A DNA stretch of 64,000 nucleotides from Octopus vulgaris (taxonomy: Eukaryota): the NCBI GenBank assembly GCA_951406725.2, contig OX597816.1, forward strand, positions 29,078,001-29,142,000, read 5' to 3'. This document shows positions 25,898 through 39,624 of the stretch, piece after piece. The notes below the pieces were generated by a model. It saw only the letters and a program-made list of their open reading frames with translations, was not told where the DNA came from and made no database searches. How positions within the stretch are numbered: the first letter of the stretch is position 1; every line of letters starts with the position of its first letter. Both the position numbers and the translations under genes were made by a program.

Positions 25898-26659
25898 CTT
25901 GTATCTGATTGTCTCTATGTAATTACCTGTCTGTCTATCGATGTATCTGGCTGTCAGTCTGTCTACATATCTCTCTCTTTCCCTCTTCTTACACACACGC
26001 ATACGCATGCACACACACGCGCGCACACACACGCACACACAAACACACACACACAGAATCACACATATAGTCTTAAAAATAAATACATCAAAATATTCAA
26101 TGATACATGTCAATCTGTGTTCTTTACATATTTATTAAGCATTATTATATAATTCTCTTTTAATTGCGTAACTCTGGAAGCAAATAAATCTACAAATAAC
26201 AGCTTGTAAAAGTTTAAAATCCCCTTTTATTAGAAAAAGTCGAATAAAGTCTGTGGGTCACCAACTTAAATTTCTTGCAAAGCTATCCATTGAATTTCTT
26301 TTCCTTTTTCGCAACTTTATTCATACGAGCGAGAATTGCAGTAATATTGTTGTAGCCCTTTTGCAAAGAAGTTGCATATGCAAGTGCTACAATTTGAAAG
26401 CACCGCATACCAGATGCTTGCAAGATTATGGGGCCATGAGGAGAGAATGCGCGCTGCGTCAGCATTATTGCACGCTGGTCTACCTCACTGAAGTCAGGTT
26501 TTGCTTGCTAGATCAACCGGTTACTTGGTTTTAGAAATATTCTTCTAGCAATTGCTCATAGCCGCTTTCAATCAAATGCGGTGGCATGCCTTCTACCTTA
26601 TAGTCTGGATATCACTCATGATGGCAATTGCTTTATGATCAGTTTGGCCTAGCAACCAC

Positions 26660-27010
26660 AACAATCGCCTCTATCTCAAACGAAATCTCTTCATCGAACT
26701 TAGATTGGAAAATGGTCTGCTTTCCCGCCTGCGTCTTCACATTCGTCGAGGAGGTTTCTACAACGGTTAATCTTTGGAGCCTGAGCAACGTCTATGTTAT
26801 CTTTATGACGAACCGTTAACTCGACCACATTTACTACTCTCTTTTTTTCAAATATGATAATACCTGCTTTCATCGTAACTGGAATGGGAAACAATCTTTG
26901 GCACCCAGGTAAATCTGCAGTAACCTTCCAGTAACCGTCCCACTTTTCATTGTTCAAAGTTATATTATTGATGTTATACGGATTTCTAAACATCGAGAGA
27001 TGAGGTAATT
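26660..27010 (-). mobile_element. HERO-like RLE non-LTR retrotransposon 3' fragment
   Basis: WKVTADLPG..LFPIPVT..IIIFEKKRVVNVVELTV..DNIDVAQ..K...LLDECEDAGGKADHFPI, matching the RPD..ELTVPWE..FPIEVG RLE pattern. Confidence 0.75.
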
Positions 27011-27154
27011 GTTTTGAACCGGACGCCTCAGAGCAAAAGTGTGTAATTATGTGCACGTATATGTGTACATGTGTGCGTATATGTGTGTGTGCGTGTGTGT
27101 GTCTGTGTGTGTGTATGGGATCACTTTTCTTCATATATATGTCTGTTTCAATAT

Positions 27155-27345
27155 ATTGGAAAATTCGACCCACTTGATAAATGGATGTGAGAAACTTGCA
27201 CAAGAAGAATACAAGCGCCGCCACGATAAAATGTGTGTATCTTCATGGGATCTTATGCCGTAAATACTAATATGTAGTAACAGAGAACCGGTATGTGCAT
27301 GTACCAAGTGGAGTTATGCAGGAGGATGGAAAAGTAACTGTTTTC
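27155..27345 (+). mobile_element. R4/Dong-like zinc-knuckle region fragment
   Basis: ENSTHLINGCEKLAQEEYKRRHDKM...VHVPSGVMQEDGKVT. Confidence 0.75.
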
Positions 27346-27573
27346 TCATTGGAAGTGATGACTAATCTCTTCTTTTATTTACTTAGGAGTAAATCTGTGC
27401 TCTGTCTCAGTTGTCTATGGTTAGGATGTCATATACAGCTAAGCAATTCTAGTCTTGAATCGTGTTCTAGCGACGAAGCAGCCCGATTTTGCACTGCAAC
27501 TGTGAACGCCTTACATAAATAAGTTAGTATCATCTGCCGCTAATTCCCAGTAGATTTGTTTCATCAGATCGCT

Positions 27574-27880
27574 GGTGGAGGCACATGGCCTAGTGGTTAG
27601 AGCAGCGGACTCACGGTCGAGGGATCGCGGGTTTGAATCTCAGATCGGACGATATGTGTGTTTATGAGCGACACACCTAAGTTCCACGCGGCTCCGGCAG
27701 AAGGTAATGGCGAAACTTCTACTGACTCTTTCGCCACAACTTTCTCCCACTCTTTCCTCCTGCATCTTGCAGCTCACCTGCGATGGACCGGTGTTCCGTC
27801 CAGATGGGGAACCTATACGTCAAGAAACCGGGAAACCGGCCCTTATAAGCCAGGCATGGCTCGAGAAGGAACAAACAACA
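27574..27880 (+). mobile_element. tRNA-derived SINE with a family A head and a different 3' body
   Basis: GGTGGAGGCACATGGCCTAGTGGTTAGAGCAGCGGACTC head; diverges after about 27760; ends in an (ACA)n-like tail. Confidence 0.85.
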
Positions 27881-29779
27881 AAAATCAGATTGCTGGACGG
27901 TACTTTGATATTTCAGCAACGTATCCGGTATTTTCAAGCATATTTCACTTACCTGAAAGATGTATATATAGGTGAATATTTTAGTAGTGAATTTCAATTG
28001 GCTACATGCTCGCCAAAAATATCATTACATAGCCATATAAGTACGACCATGAACCACTTTCATTTGTTCTCCTTCTCTTTACGTATACATGAATGTGCAC
28101 TCTGTATGTACACATATATGCGCGTGCGAGTATGTGTGTGTGTATCTCTGTGTATGTGTGTATGTATGTCTGTGTGTGTGTGTGTGTGTGTGTGTTCTTG
28201 TGTCTGTGTTTTCTTAGTAAAAATGCTTCAATGCATAACATACGCCCAAAAGCTGAGCTCTCTTCCTTTGAAATGTTTTATACTTCCCTCTATCTCCTCA
28301 CAAACTCCTCCCGTTTTTCTTTTTCCCGACATGCTTTGCTCATTTACTTCATTGATTACGGTAATTCATTAGTTTATTCCTTCCGTCTTATTTTTTTATG
28401 CTCTTTGTCTAAACATTTTTGTTCTGTTAGCTTTTTTTTTACCTTTATTTTTTTTTGTGATCGCAATTTCTCGCCCGTTTTTTTCAGTCGTAACTCTTTT
28501 CAGATGTTCTTTCTTTCCAGCTTAATATTTTCCTCCATTTTCCGACCTTGCTTTCGTGCTTCATTTATTTGAATTCTTTTTTTCTTTTTCCTTTCCTTCT
28601 TTCTTTCTTTCTTTCTTTCTTTCTGTTATTGTTACCTCATTACTCGCTTGTCTGTTTTCTTTCTTCCCTTTTTTTTTGGGGGGGGGGGGGTCTTTCGATC
28701 TTTATTTCTTTCCGTCATTCCTTTCCGTTTTCCGTTTTTACTTTTTCCTTTTCCTTCATTCCTTCCTTTCTTCCTTCCTTCATCCATCCATTCATTCATT
28801 CATTCCTTCAACTGTTGTTTTACATCTTTAACTCGTTTGCTGGGCCTCGCAGTCCATCATTGATTTACGCATTCCTTCTTTTACAGTTTCCCTGAAGAGC
28901 TTCTCTCTGGCTTTCATTCCATCTTTATTTTCCATTCCCGATGTCCTTTTTTTTATATCCGTTGATACACTTCCTTCTATATTATATTAATTTGTTATCT
29001 CTTCCTCTCCAATTCTCAATCCCTATGTTGATTCTCAATACAAAATATCCAGTGAGGGAAATATATTTGTAATTGCGTTTCAAACCATTGGAAATAATCC
29101 AGAGGCAACAAGCAGATAAGTATAAATGAGGTTTGAAATACAACTATATCTGGACAGAATACATGGTAATTACTCATATTATTTTCTCGCAATCAGATTG
29201 TGATTTTACTTCTTTGTTTTATATGCTATCACAAACAGTAAATTTTCTTTATTTATCTTTGATAATATCTTGTTAAAAATAAGAGTAAATATACAGTTGT
29301 AGTATCCGTCATGTGTTCTCCATTAAAGTAAATGCAATTGGCAGGTCTACACTAGCTACTAGCTGTATTGATTACAAAGTGAAATCGCCAGCAGTCTAAT
29401 AATTCTGTATTCATTTCAGTTTGAATATAATTGTATATGTTCATATATTTGTATAATTTTATATATTTACAAGTATTTGTATATTTCTATGCATGTACAT
29501 AAATCTGTATATTGATCTAAATTTCATTTACGTTCATTAACCGGTTTGATTCAGTGGACTAAAGCCAAAATAGGGCAAAACTAAAAGTAATTTAGTCAAA
29601 GAAATATAAAAAGAAATCAAAGACCACACAGAGATATTCTCTTCTTCATTTCATCCTCTTCCTTTCATACAAACAAATACAAGCCGATTAATTGCCTAAA
29701 TTCCATTTATAAAATTCCTCTAAAGATGCCATTCAAGAAGACAGTGGTATATCAAACTGCATTCAGATACATGTATATA

Positions 29780-31440
29780 GAGACTTGTCATCGTCATGTA
29801 TCGTACGACTGCAGCGCATTGATGACACGTTGGCAGAAGGCTTTAAGCGTGAGTTCCCCGACTGCCTTGCCATATTGAACATGCTCGTGATATTATCCAT
29901 ACACTGCGTTCTTTGCCTGCCTCTTGATCCACTATCCTCTACTCCCTTTTCCATGAGAATACTGTCTAGATCTCTGCTTCTTCGAATATGGCCATAATAG
30001 ATGAGAATTTGGTTTTCAACTATGTTCAGGTGTTGTTGTTTATAACTTACTTGTCGTAACACCCATTCATTTGTCTTATGGTCCTTCTAAGAAACTCATT
30101 ATATTCTCCTATATACTAATATTATAGACGCATCGACTATGTTTTGTTTTCTTCAAATATTTATAGCAGTGCTTTTCAAACTTTTTGCTGGAGCGGAACC
30201 CCGGGGAAACATTCCACTGGTTCGAGGAACCCCTGTGCAATAATTTAATAGTCTTATGTACACATATCTGCACAGGAGAATTAAACATTACTGCCTATTT
30301 TAGCAGTTTTGTAACTTCTTGCGGAACCCTTGGACTGTACTGGCGGAACCCTAAGCTTCTGAGGAACCCTGGTTGAAAACCACTGATTTATAGAGTCCAT
30401 GCTTTGCAACAATGAAAGCCCGTTGACCAAATGAGCGTTCACACTAGTATTGCTTTTAACTGAATTGGAAAAAAATTTGCTGTTCAAGATGTTATTAAAA
30501 TATTCCATGGACTTTATTACCTTGGCTAACCGAATCATATTTTCTTTCTTCAATGTGGTTTCATAAAAGATTTGGGCTTCATGATTCTTATACAATTCAG
30601 GCTCTTGAAGCCTTTGTTTTCTTATGGTTGAGATAAAGACAATGAGTATTTGATTCCTTCTCGACTCAACTTATCACATCATACAGTTCGGGTTTAGTCC
30701 TGGCATGTTGATCAGTATCGTCTGCATATCTTATATTAGAAACATGCAAGCTATGTATTTTGATGCCAGCCTCCTACTTGCTGCATTGCTTCTCAAATTA
30801 GCTACTCAGTGTGTCGATGTTGAACAAGTATAGAGAAAGAATAGAACCTAATGAATAACTTACCCATTTTTGAGCTTTTCTGCGCTCCCATTATTTCCTC
30901 GAATGCAGGAGTCTTGCTGAATGTAAAGCTGTTTGATGAGCGTAATGAGGTGTTTTGCAATGTTGAGATTTGACATAGGGCCTCACATGTGACATAGTTT
31001 GCCTTGTCAAAGGCGTTATATTACTCATTGTGGTAAAGGAAAGTTTGTGTGATCTTGTCTTTATTTTCTAAAATTGTGTAGTGATGTGCAGATGATCTCT
31101 TGTGCCACATCTTTTAAGCCAGCCTGTTCTTTAGTTATTCCTTGTTCGAGGATTTGTCTCAAACGTGCTACGATTATGACAAAAAGTACTTCACTTGCAG
31201 AGCGATTGATCAATAATACCCACACACATGCAGATTTCTCCCATTTGTGCATTGTTTCATATTCTGCTGTGCAACACTCTAACGGACAGTCTTCTCTCTA
31301 GATTTTTTCAGCAGAGTTTGTGGAATATTGCTACGGCACTCCCTCCTGCGTATCGATTACATCAATCGGTACTGCAACTAGATCTGATGGTTTCCCGTTT
31401 TCTTATATTTTTCTGCGCTTTTTACTATCACTCGTTCTAG
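29780..31440 (-). mobile_element. Decayed RTE-clade LINE (RT and C-terminus)
   Basis: IVARLRQILEQGITKEQAG; LIYYGHIRRSRDLDSILMEKGVEDSGSRGRQRTQCMDNI, typical of an RTE C-terminus. Confidence 0.8.
30167..30385. mobile_element. hAT (Charlie-like) MITE nested in the RTE
   Basis: TIRs CAGTGCTTTTCAAAC / GTTGAAAACCACTG; perfect 8-bp TSD ATTTATAG at 30159-30166 and 30386-30393. Confidence 0.93.
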
Positions 31441-32092
31441 TATTTCAGGCTCTTTCTCACACCCTAACACTGGATCATTTTCACACAATTTCTTGGTGTA
31501 CTTTAACCGTATTTGTTTTAAATGTTGTGCTGTTGTTTCATACACAGAGTGTAATAAATAGAAATTACAATAAGAAAAAGAGAAATAGTCTTATTATCAA
31601 TGCCCTTGTGTATGTTAAAATGAGGAGAATGGTCAAAAGGAATAGGTGATGAAAGAAGAAAGAATGAAAGACGAAGGGAAAATTTTAAAAAGGAGTGTTA
31701 GTTAGTGGTCAAGGTATTATGTGGGGAGGGATAGGAAGAGATAAGAATGTAAGGAATGAATACGTGCGAGGATTGGAAGTGATATGTTTGAAAGGCACTA
31801 ACATGGAGGGATGGGTAGAGAAAATGTTATAGGAGGTTTTATTTAAGTCAGTAGTAAACCTCAAAAATGAAGTGAAAAAGAATAAGATGTAATGGTCAAG
31901 TTTCTAAAAATAGTCAGATGTGGTGATTGTACTGGCTAATGTGATTGTGAGGTCTGTGGATTCAGAGAGAGAAGGAAAGAAGTGTATGTTGATATACGCA
32001 CGCAAGTACATAGATATAGGTGTGTATATGCACTATTATATTGGCCCGCATAGTTATGTACTTAAACCCATACGCATATATGCATATGTATA

Positions 32093-33335
32093 TACTCTGA
32101 ATCCCACATTGTTACGCAAATCACCCTTCTCTCAATAAATAAAAGTATATTCCTTCCAAACCAGTTGTTTTCCCACTGACTGATGGCAACACATATCTGC
32201 GAACATAAATCGGATCTGAACGGACGAAAACAAACGGTGGCCATTATCGTGAAGCAAAAACATTTCTGCTGTCCCAAATTGTTAGGCAGGCGCCAAATTT
32301 ATGTCATTATGAGTTAGGATCGAGATCTTATATTGAATGAAAAGTCTACCATTGTGTCAGAGCTTGGAAAAGGAAAAAACATCCATAGAAATATCAAAAA
32401 TAATAGGAAGAGATCATCGAACAGTGAAGAACTTTGTGTAGTCTCCTATTTCTGTCCGGTCGAGGGCAGATAAATATAAGTTGAAAGTTGCTTCGAATCG
32501 TACTTTGTCACGTGTGAAAAGTAGGATTCTGCGAAACCCATATTTGACAAGTAAAGAAGTCTTCAAACGTTGCAGGAAAGAGACGTATCGAACACTACAA
32601 GGTATCGCCTCTTGAAGCATGTAGGAAGTAATTTTAAACTTAATACAAGGTCTTTTCTGAAGGCTGTTCATAAGCAGCAGAGATTGAAATGGGCAGAAAA
32701 ATACATTAAGATAGACTTTTCAACTGTTCTGTTCATTGACGAATGCTGTGCTATCCTTGACTGACCAGATAGTTGGAGTAAAGTTTAGGTATCAATCAGC
32801 AGGAACCGTCCTCATCGTTTTAGACGCCAACAAGGGGGGATATGTTTTCGGTTGGCATTGTTGATGGTATGATCATCGGGGCGTGTAAAGTATCAGATGG
32901 TATTCAGATGACATCGAAAACATATGTTACCTTTAAGAGAAAGCTGGTCTTCATGCAAGATAATGCCCCGTTACATGCAGCGAAGAATTCTATGGAATAT
33001 CTGCAGCAAATAGGCCGCCCTGGAAGTCGTTTGATGGATTAGTCCCCTTGTTCCCCTGACTTAAAGGAGATCGGGGACCTGTAGAGTGCCCTGAAGAGGC
33101 GTGTTTACTAAGATGCCTTCTGGGATGCTATTGTAGATGCTACTCAAATCATGACACAAGAGGACATCATCACTTTGACAAATTCAATGGTTCAGCACGT
33201 AAGGAAGGTTATTGCATGTGGAGGATCATGCATCAGACATTAAGAGCTCTACGGCATATTGCTCCCAGGATTATTTTCCTTCGAACGTATTATGTTTGCC
33301 ATTAAGGGCTTTATGAATAATTTTTTGTCTATGTA
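32093..33335 (+). mobile_element. Decayed Tc1-family transposon
   Basis: HKQQRLKWAEKYIKIDFSTVLFIDEC; FMQDNAPLHAAK; SPCSPDLKEIG motifs. Confidence 0.88.
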
Positions 33336-33482
33336 TGTATATATGTCTCTGTGTGAATAAATGTATGTATATGCATGTGTGTATGTTTGTATGTGAGTAT
33401 GCTTGTCTCTCCATATTACGTATGTATTTATCTATCTGTTTACTTACCTATACATTTACCTACACATATATATGTATATATT

Positions 33483-33528
<46 letters not shown>

Positions 33529-33529
<1 letters not shown>

Positions 33530-34548
33530 TAGCAGTATCGCCCGGCGTTGCTCGGGTTTGTAAGGGAAATAACTATATAAGCATTTTTAGAGAGTTACTT
33601 CCTTTATAGATGCCAATTCGGGCTTTCTTAGACATTTCTGTTTTGGTGTCTTCAAGCCATTAAGTCGTTGTTCTAAAAGAACGCTGGTCTCCTTGACAAC
33701 GCATTACGACGTTGATTTCCTTACACTCCCTTCCCCACAGCTTCACGAGGGAGGGAAGAAGGGGGAGAAGCAAACAGGTGCAGGTGTGACCATGGACGCC
33801 AACTCCACCGCCATCGACACACGAAAAATTATGCATTAAAATGGAATAAAAAATTATATTAAATTATTTTTAAAATCGTAGACTCATCGTAGACGCGCGC
33901 TAATACTTAGACGGGCTCGATATGAATCACGACTATAAGATACCCGAATTTGGTTAAACTGCACCGCAAAATGTGGGAGTAGTTAGGAATCTAAATCGAA
34001 GGGGACAGACACTCACACAACTACAGTTTTATATATATACTAGCAGTATCGCCCGGCGTTGCTCGGGTTTGTAAGGGAAATAACTATATAAGCATTTTTA
34101 GAGAGTTACTTCCCTTATAAATTCGGGCTTTCTTAGCCATTTTTGTTTTGGTGTCTTCAAGCCATGAAGTCGTTGTTCTAAAAGAACGCTGGTCTCCTTC
34201 ACAACGCATTACGACGTTGATTTCTTTACACTCCCTTCCCCACAGCTTCACGAGGGAGGGAAGAAGGGGGAGAAGCAAACATGTGCAGGTGTGACCATGG
34301 ACGCCAACTCCGCCGCCATCGACACACGATGCATTTTATGCATTAAAATGGAATAAAAAATGATGTTAAATTATTTTTAAAATCGTAGACTCATCGTTGA
34401 CGCGCGCTAATAGTCAGACGGGCTCGATATGAATCACGACTTTAAGATACCCGAATTTGGTTAAACTGCACCGCAAAATGTGGGAGGAGTTAGGAATCTA
34501 AATCGAAGGGGACACACACTCACGCAACTAGAGTTTTATATATATAGA
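33529..34548 (-). mobile_element. Non-autonomous Helitron, head-to-tail tandem dimer (units 34040-34548 and 33529-34039)
   Basis: Minus strand: 5'-TC at 34548, 3' hairpin CCCGAGCAACGCCGGG then CTAG at 33529; inserted between A and T; two ~510-bp near-identical units. Confidence 0.88.
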
Positions 34549-34621
34549 TATATATATATATATATGCATACATATATAACATCACCGCAGTAAATACAAT
34601 ACCGAAATAAAAATATATATG

Positions 34622-34653
<32 letters not shown>

Positions 34654-34662
34654 GGCATACAT

Positions 34663-34752
34663 GAGTTTCAAGCGTGATGCTAGTTGTCAGCCATTTTGAA
34701 TTTTCAAATTCAAATTCAAAAACTCTGACGACTAGCATCATGCTTGAAACTC
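34663..34752. repeat. 28-bp inverted repeat whose arms resemble HHR cores
   Basis: GAGTTTCAAGCGTGATGCTAGTTGTCAG / CTGACGACTAGCATCATGCTTGAAACTC. Confidence 0.75.
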
Positions 34753-34852
34753 GGGTGTTCCAACGAATTTCAATCAAACTGTTTTTATCCACACATGTAA
34801 CACTCCAAAAATTGTTGGAGTGCACTCACTCGTGTATATATATATATGTATG

Positions 34853-34952
<100 letters not shown>

Positions 34953-34954
34953 CT

Positions 34955-35540
34955 GCTGTTGTTTTTTTCGGTTATTTTGGCTTCCGGTGGTTGAATTTGA
35001 AATTTAGCACCTATTTCTAAGCAGGCTGATGTTTTTTTCCGCATCCTCATGCTTTGAACTAACTTCAAATTTTGTAGCTACATAATGCTATTTAAACTTT
35101 TGAACCGCCTATGTTACTGCTGTTAATATTATCAATTAAAAATATTCACTGCAGATAATATTAACAATAGCAACATATCAATTGGAATGTAAAAACCCGA
35201 ATGCTTTCGCTCATATATGTATAGCTTGCGCCATGTGTGCCAGACTGGCGCAAAACAAGCCATAACACTGGCAAATTTACAGCATGACGGACTTATTACC
35301 AGTAAATCATACTAAAGAAGTTTGAGGCTCTCGAGTCAAAACTCGAAAAAAAGGTATATGAGTATCTGAATTGCATATTTTTTTTACTGGTTTGCTTTTT
35401 TAATGTCTTAATTCTACTCGCCTACTGTTGTTTTTTTTTTTCTGTTATTTGGTAAAGTTCAGTGTTTGAATTAGGAATTTAGCTTCTATTTCTAAGCAAG
35501 TTGAAGTTTTTTCCACATCCTCATGCCTTGTGCTAGCTTA
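34955..35540 (+). mobile_element. PLE pseudo-LTR-like unit with ~110-bp terminal direct repeats and a degenerate HHR (35307-35361)
   Basis: AATTTAGC..CTATTTCTAAGCA..CATCCTCATGC occurs twice; TCATA-CTAAAGA-AGTTTGA..TCAAAACT-CGAAA..GTA-TATGA. Confidence 0.55.
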
Positions 35541-35813
35541 ATATATATATATAAATATATAAATATATATTAGAGGGAAACCACTATGTGGACACCCGTA
35601 TGCTAGATATAGATCCGCTACGGTCTCACCACCAAGAAGTGTTCTCAAAAAATCTTTAGCAAAACAACCAAAACGTAATCAAGCAAGACAAAAGAAATAG
35701 TAATAAAAATATGGATTATTCGTATACATGTTTCACTATCAATAAATTACGCAATCTTACATAAATTACATATATATATATATATATATATACATATATA
35801 CACATATATACAT

Positions 35814-35893
<80 letters not shown>

Positions 35894-36146
35894 ATGACAC
35901 CTCGCCCGGGCGTGTGCTTCCAAGGGTAATTTCCTAGTAGCAATCCCATACCCATTTATGACTGATATGACCCCTTACCCAGCATGTAAATTTATACTTG
36001 AATATTCATCGTCTAGAAATGCTCAGTCTTTGCTTTTCGTTTTTATTTACATGTATACATGTATCTATATTGTATATAACTAACGCAAGCAGTTTTATTT
36101 ATTTGCAACATTATCTCTCTCTCCCTTTCTCCCCCTCTCTCTGTGT

Positions 36147-36183
<37 letters not shown>

Positions 36184-36388
36184 AATTAAGGACTGAACAC
36201 GAAAAAGTGGACAGTCAACATGCTAGATATAGACATCAAATCGCCATTCTCCACAAAAAGTCTATGTTCTCAGATCAAACTCAACACAAAACCAAAACAA
36301 TAAACAAGTGAAAAATATACGAAATAAATATTTACCCATGTACTAAATTCAGTTTCGGCTGTTATTTTCCGCAAGGAAAAGTGCAGCC

Positions 36389-36443
<55 letters not shown>

Positions 36444-36971
36444 TTTGTGTGTGTATTCTTAAATACGATTATTATTGTCTGTGGTTTCGATGTTTCGTCC
36501 AGTTAAGCCAACCTAAGCCATCGGCAGACTGCGATGCATTGAAGCTAATCTTAACTTTATTTCGTCTCTGTTGAGTTAAAAATCTTCCATGGCTATTGGT
36601 GTTTGAGTGGAATTGTAAAGCAATGATATATCTAGTAAAATCAGGAATAACAAAATCTACTAGTCTATCCTACATCTACCTACATTCTTTTTGTGAACCA
36701 TTAAAAAAAGACCATGACTTGCTTACATACACATCTGCTTACAAAGTTCTAGGATCGAAATTAAATTCTAAACAACACAACCTTTCATTTAGTCACTAAA
36801 ACTTCTTCAATGCACCACCCTACTACAACCTATTTATTTACCATTTGACCCAAACCCATATACCTTGGAGTGTAAAAACTCGAATGATTTTGCTCATAAA
36901 TGTACTATATATAACTGCTATATAAAGCCAAGATTAACTTCAATGCATCGCACTGTATACACACACACATA

Positions 36972-37032
<61 letters not shown>

Positions 37033-37175
37033 ATATATATATACACATGTACATATATATTCACATAGATACATAAATTCAAACATATATATATATATAG
37101 GTGGAACTACATGTATTTTCGGCCTCGTGTTGATATCTGGCGTGGAGTTCGATAAATTATATTTTTATATGACGA

Positions 37176-37250
37176 CCTCACTGACGAGCTGCAGATGGAT
37201 TGTGTAAGTAAAATTGCATAATTTATTAACAGTAAAACAATTGTAAGGAG
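37176..37250 (+). ncRNA. Degenerate hammerhead motif
   Basis: CCTCA-CTGACGA-GCTG...CAGT-AAAAC-AATT-GTA; GAAA mutated to AAAA; palindromic ACAATTGT. Confidence 0.4.
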
Positions 37251-37630
37251 TTAATCTATATTTTTATTATTTTTCATTTGTCCTGCTCGCTTACGTTCAT
37301 GGTGTGTTAAATTTTCTGAAGAACAATTCTTAGTGGTCGAAACTTATGCGGATCTCTTTTTAGCGTAAGTGCTTCCACATAGTGAATTCCCTCTCATATT
37401 TATGTATATATATATATATATCGCTGGTCATAATGCGTTCGCATTGTTTTAGCCTTCGAATGACGCCACCTCGCTGGCTAAGCGAGCAGGCCAACAGAAG
37501 AAAGAATGGGAGAAAGAGTGATGAAAGAGTACAGCAGGGATCGCCCCCCCCCCTGCCGGAGCCTGGTAACTATTTGTCTATTTTTCCGTGTTAATTGTAA
37601 AGAATAGAAAAATATACACACGTCTATCTA

Positions 37631-37725
<95 letters not shown>

Positions 37726-37730
37726 CTATC

Positions 37731-37771
<41 letters not shown>

Positions 37772-37796
37772 GGCGTGTGTGTGTGTGTGTGTGCAT

Positions 37797-38293
37797 CAGT
37801 GGCGACTCCCGCACTTGGGCTGTTCTGAGCTTAGCGCGAATATAAATATAGTAATGAATGTGTATTTGCAAACCAATTTAAATTCAAATCGAGGAAAATT
37901 TTCCGTTTTACAACATTCTTAAAGGAACGCAAAATTATCCAGCAACTTGGGTTAATACGAACGAACCTGACAGGTGTAAAAGACGAACTGGCATCTCTTA
38001 TCAAGAGTACAGGCGAGGGTCAGATCGGTGAGGTTTGCTGTGCATTTCATTGTCGTTATTTGATTGACGTTACTCTGTGCGTCTGAGTATAAAGATCAGT
38101 TATGTTTTGCGAGGCTGCTTTATTTTTGCTTTCAACTTAGATTTGGAGAAATATATAGTACTAGATATAAAAAAAAAAAGCCATTTGTAGCTAGAAATAT
38201 TGCTGGAAAACGTGAGTTTCTTCGAGCAGGCATGTGTCTTATGAAATATCTGTGATGAGCTCGTGTGGTGCTGAAGACCTTGAGTCGCCTCAG
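37797..38293 (-). mobile_element. hAT-like MITE, same family as 12503-13248
   Basis: CAGTGGCGACTCC terminus; body is the reverse complement of the 12.5-kb copy but lacks its ~250-bp internal segment. Confidence 0.72.
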
Positions 38294-38300
38294 ATATATG

Positions 38301-38362
<62 letters not shown>

Positions 38363-38604
38363 GTATGTATGTATGTGTGTATGTGTATGCATATATGGAT
38401 GAATGGAGGGATGTATATATAAATATATGCATATATACACGAGTGTGTGTGTGTGTGAGGTATACTTGCCATCTCAATATGGCTAACCACTAAGGGTGGG
38501 TGTTACTGTAGCTTATAGCCCCAGGAGAAAATCGTCCCCAGCTGGCTTTAGGCACACTTTCTGTGTCCAGTTACTGTTTATACCTCGTTCAGAGATTTAT
38601 TATT

Positions 38605-38637
<33 letters not shown>

Positions 38638-38899
38638 ATTTCCTCTTTTACATTTCAGGAGCACCCATAAAATGAATTAGTCAAAATCAACCACAATACA
38701 TAATCATTAAAGCTTGTTAAGCTGGTCAATCGTTAGCTTGTAAAACGTGAAATGGTTAAGAATGTGATTTCAACAACATGACGATACTTGTCCGATACTA
38801 GTGAAAATATTTGAGGCAATTTTCTCTTACGAAAGTACTCTCTTTTGTATTTGGAGCTATAATTGATTAGGCATGACTGATTACATATTATGTTTTATT

Positions 38900-39130
38900 G
38901 TTTATTTGTTTCAGCAGCCATTGAAGTGCCAATGTGTTGGGACACCACACAGAAGGCTTTAGTCGGACAAATCGACTCTAATACTTCTATTTTTAATGCT
39001 GGCGCTTATTGTATCGGTCGTTTCTGCGGAACCGCTTAATTGCCGGAAACATAGCAAAATAACACAGGTTGTCAAGAATAATGGTGGTGGTAGTGGTTAG
39101 TAGGAGTTTTGTAAACAACACAAACACCCA

Positions 39131-39229
<99 letters not shown>

Positions 39230-39270
39230 TTATCTATCTATCTATGTATGTATGTATCTATCTATCTATC

Positions 39271-39315
<45 letters not shown>

Positions 39316-39320
39316 GTCTC

Positions 39321-39396
<76 letters not shown>

Positions 39397-39550
39397 GGGA
39401 TATGCGTGTGTGTGTTTGTGTGTGTATGTGCGTGTGTGTGTGTGTGTGTGTGAGTGTTTGTGTATTTGGTCGGCTCGGGGTTATATTTGAAGACATCCAA
39501 GATGCCGTGCCGTGGGACTGAACCCAAGCTCATCTGATTTCTTCACACCT
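38900..39550 (-). mobile_element. Old SINE (family B) with internal (TCTA)n expansion
   Basis: Diverged homology to 49367-49780 on both sides of (TCTA)n 39131-39396. Confidence 0.7.
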
Positions 39551-39624
39551 AATTATTCAACCCGTTGTGAAACACATTTTTTTAATGTTACATATATTTT
39601 AATTATTTTAGTGAAGTGCAAGTC

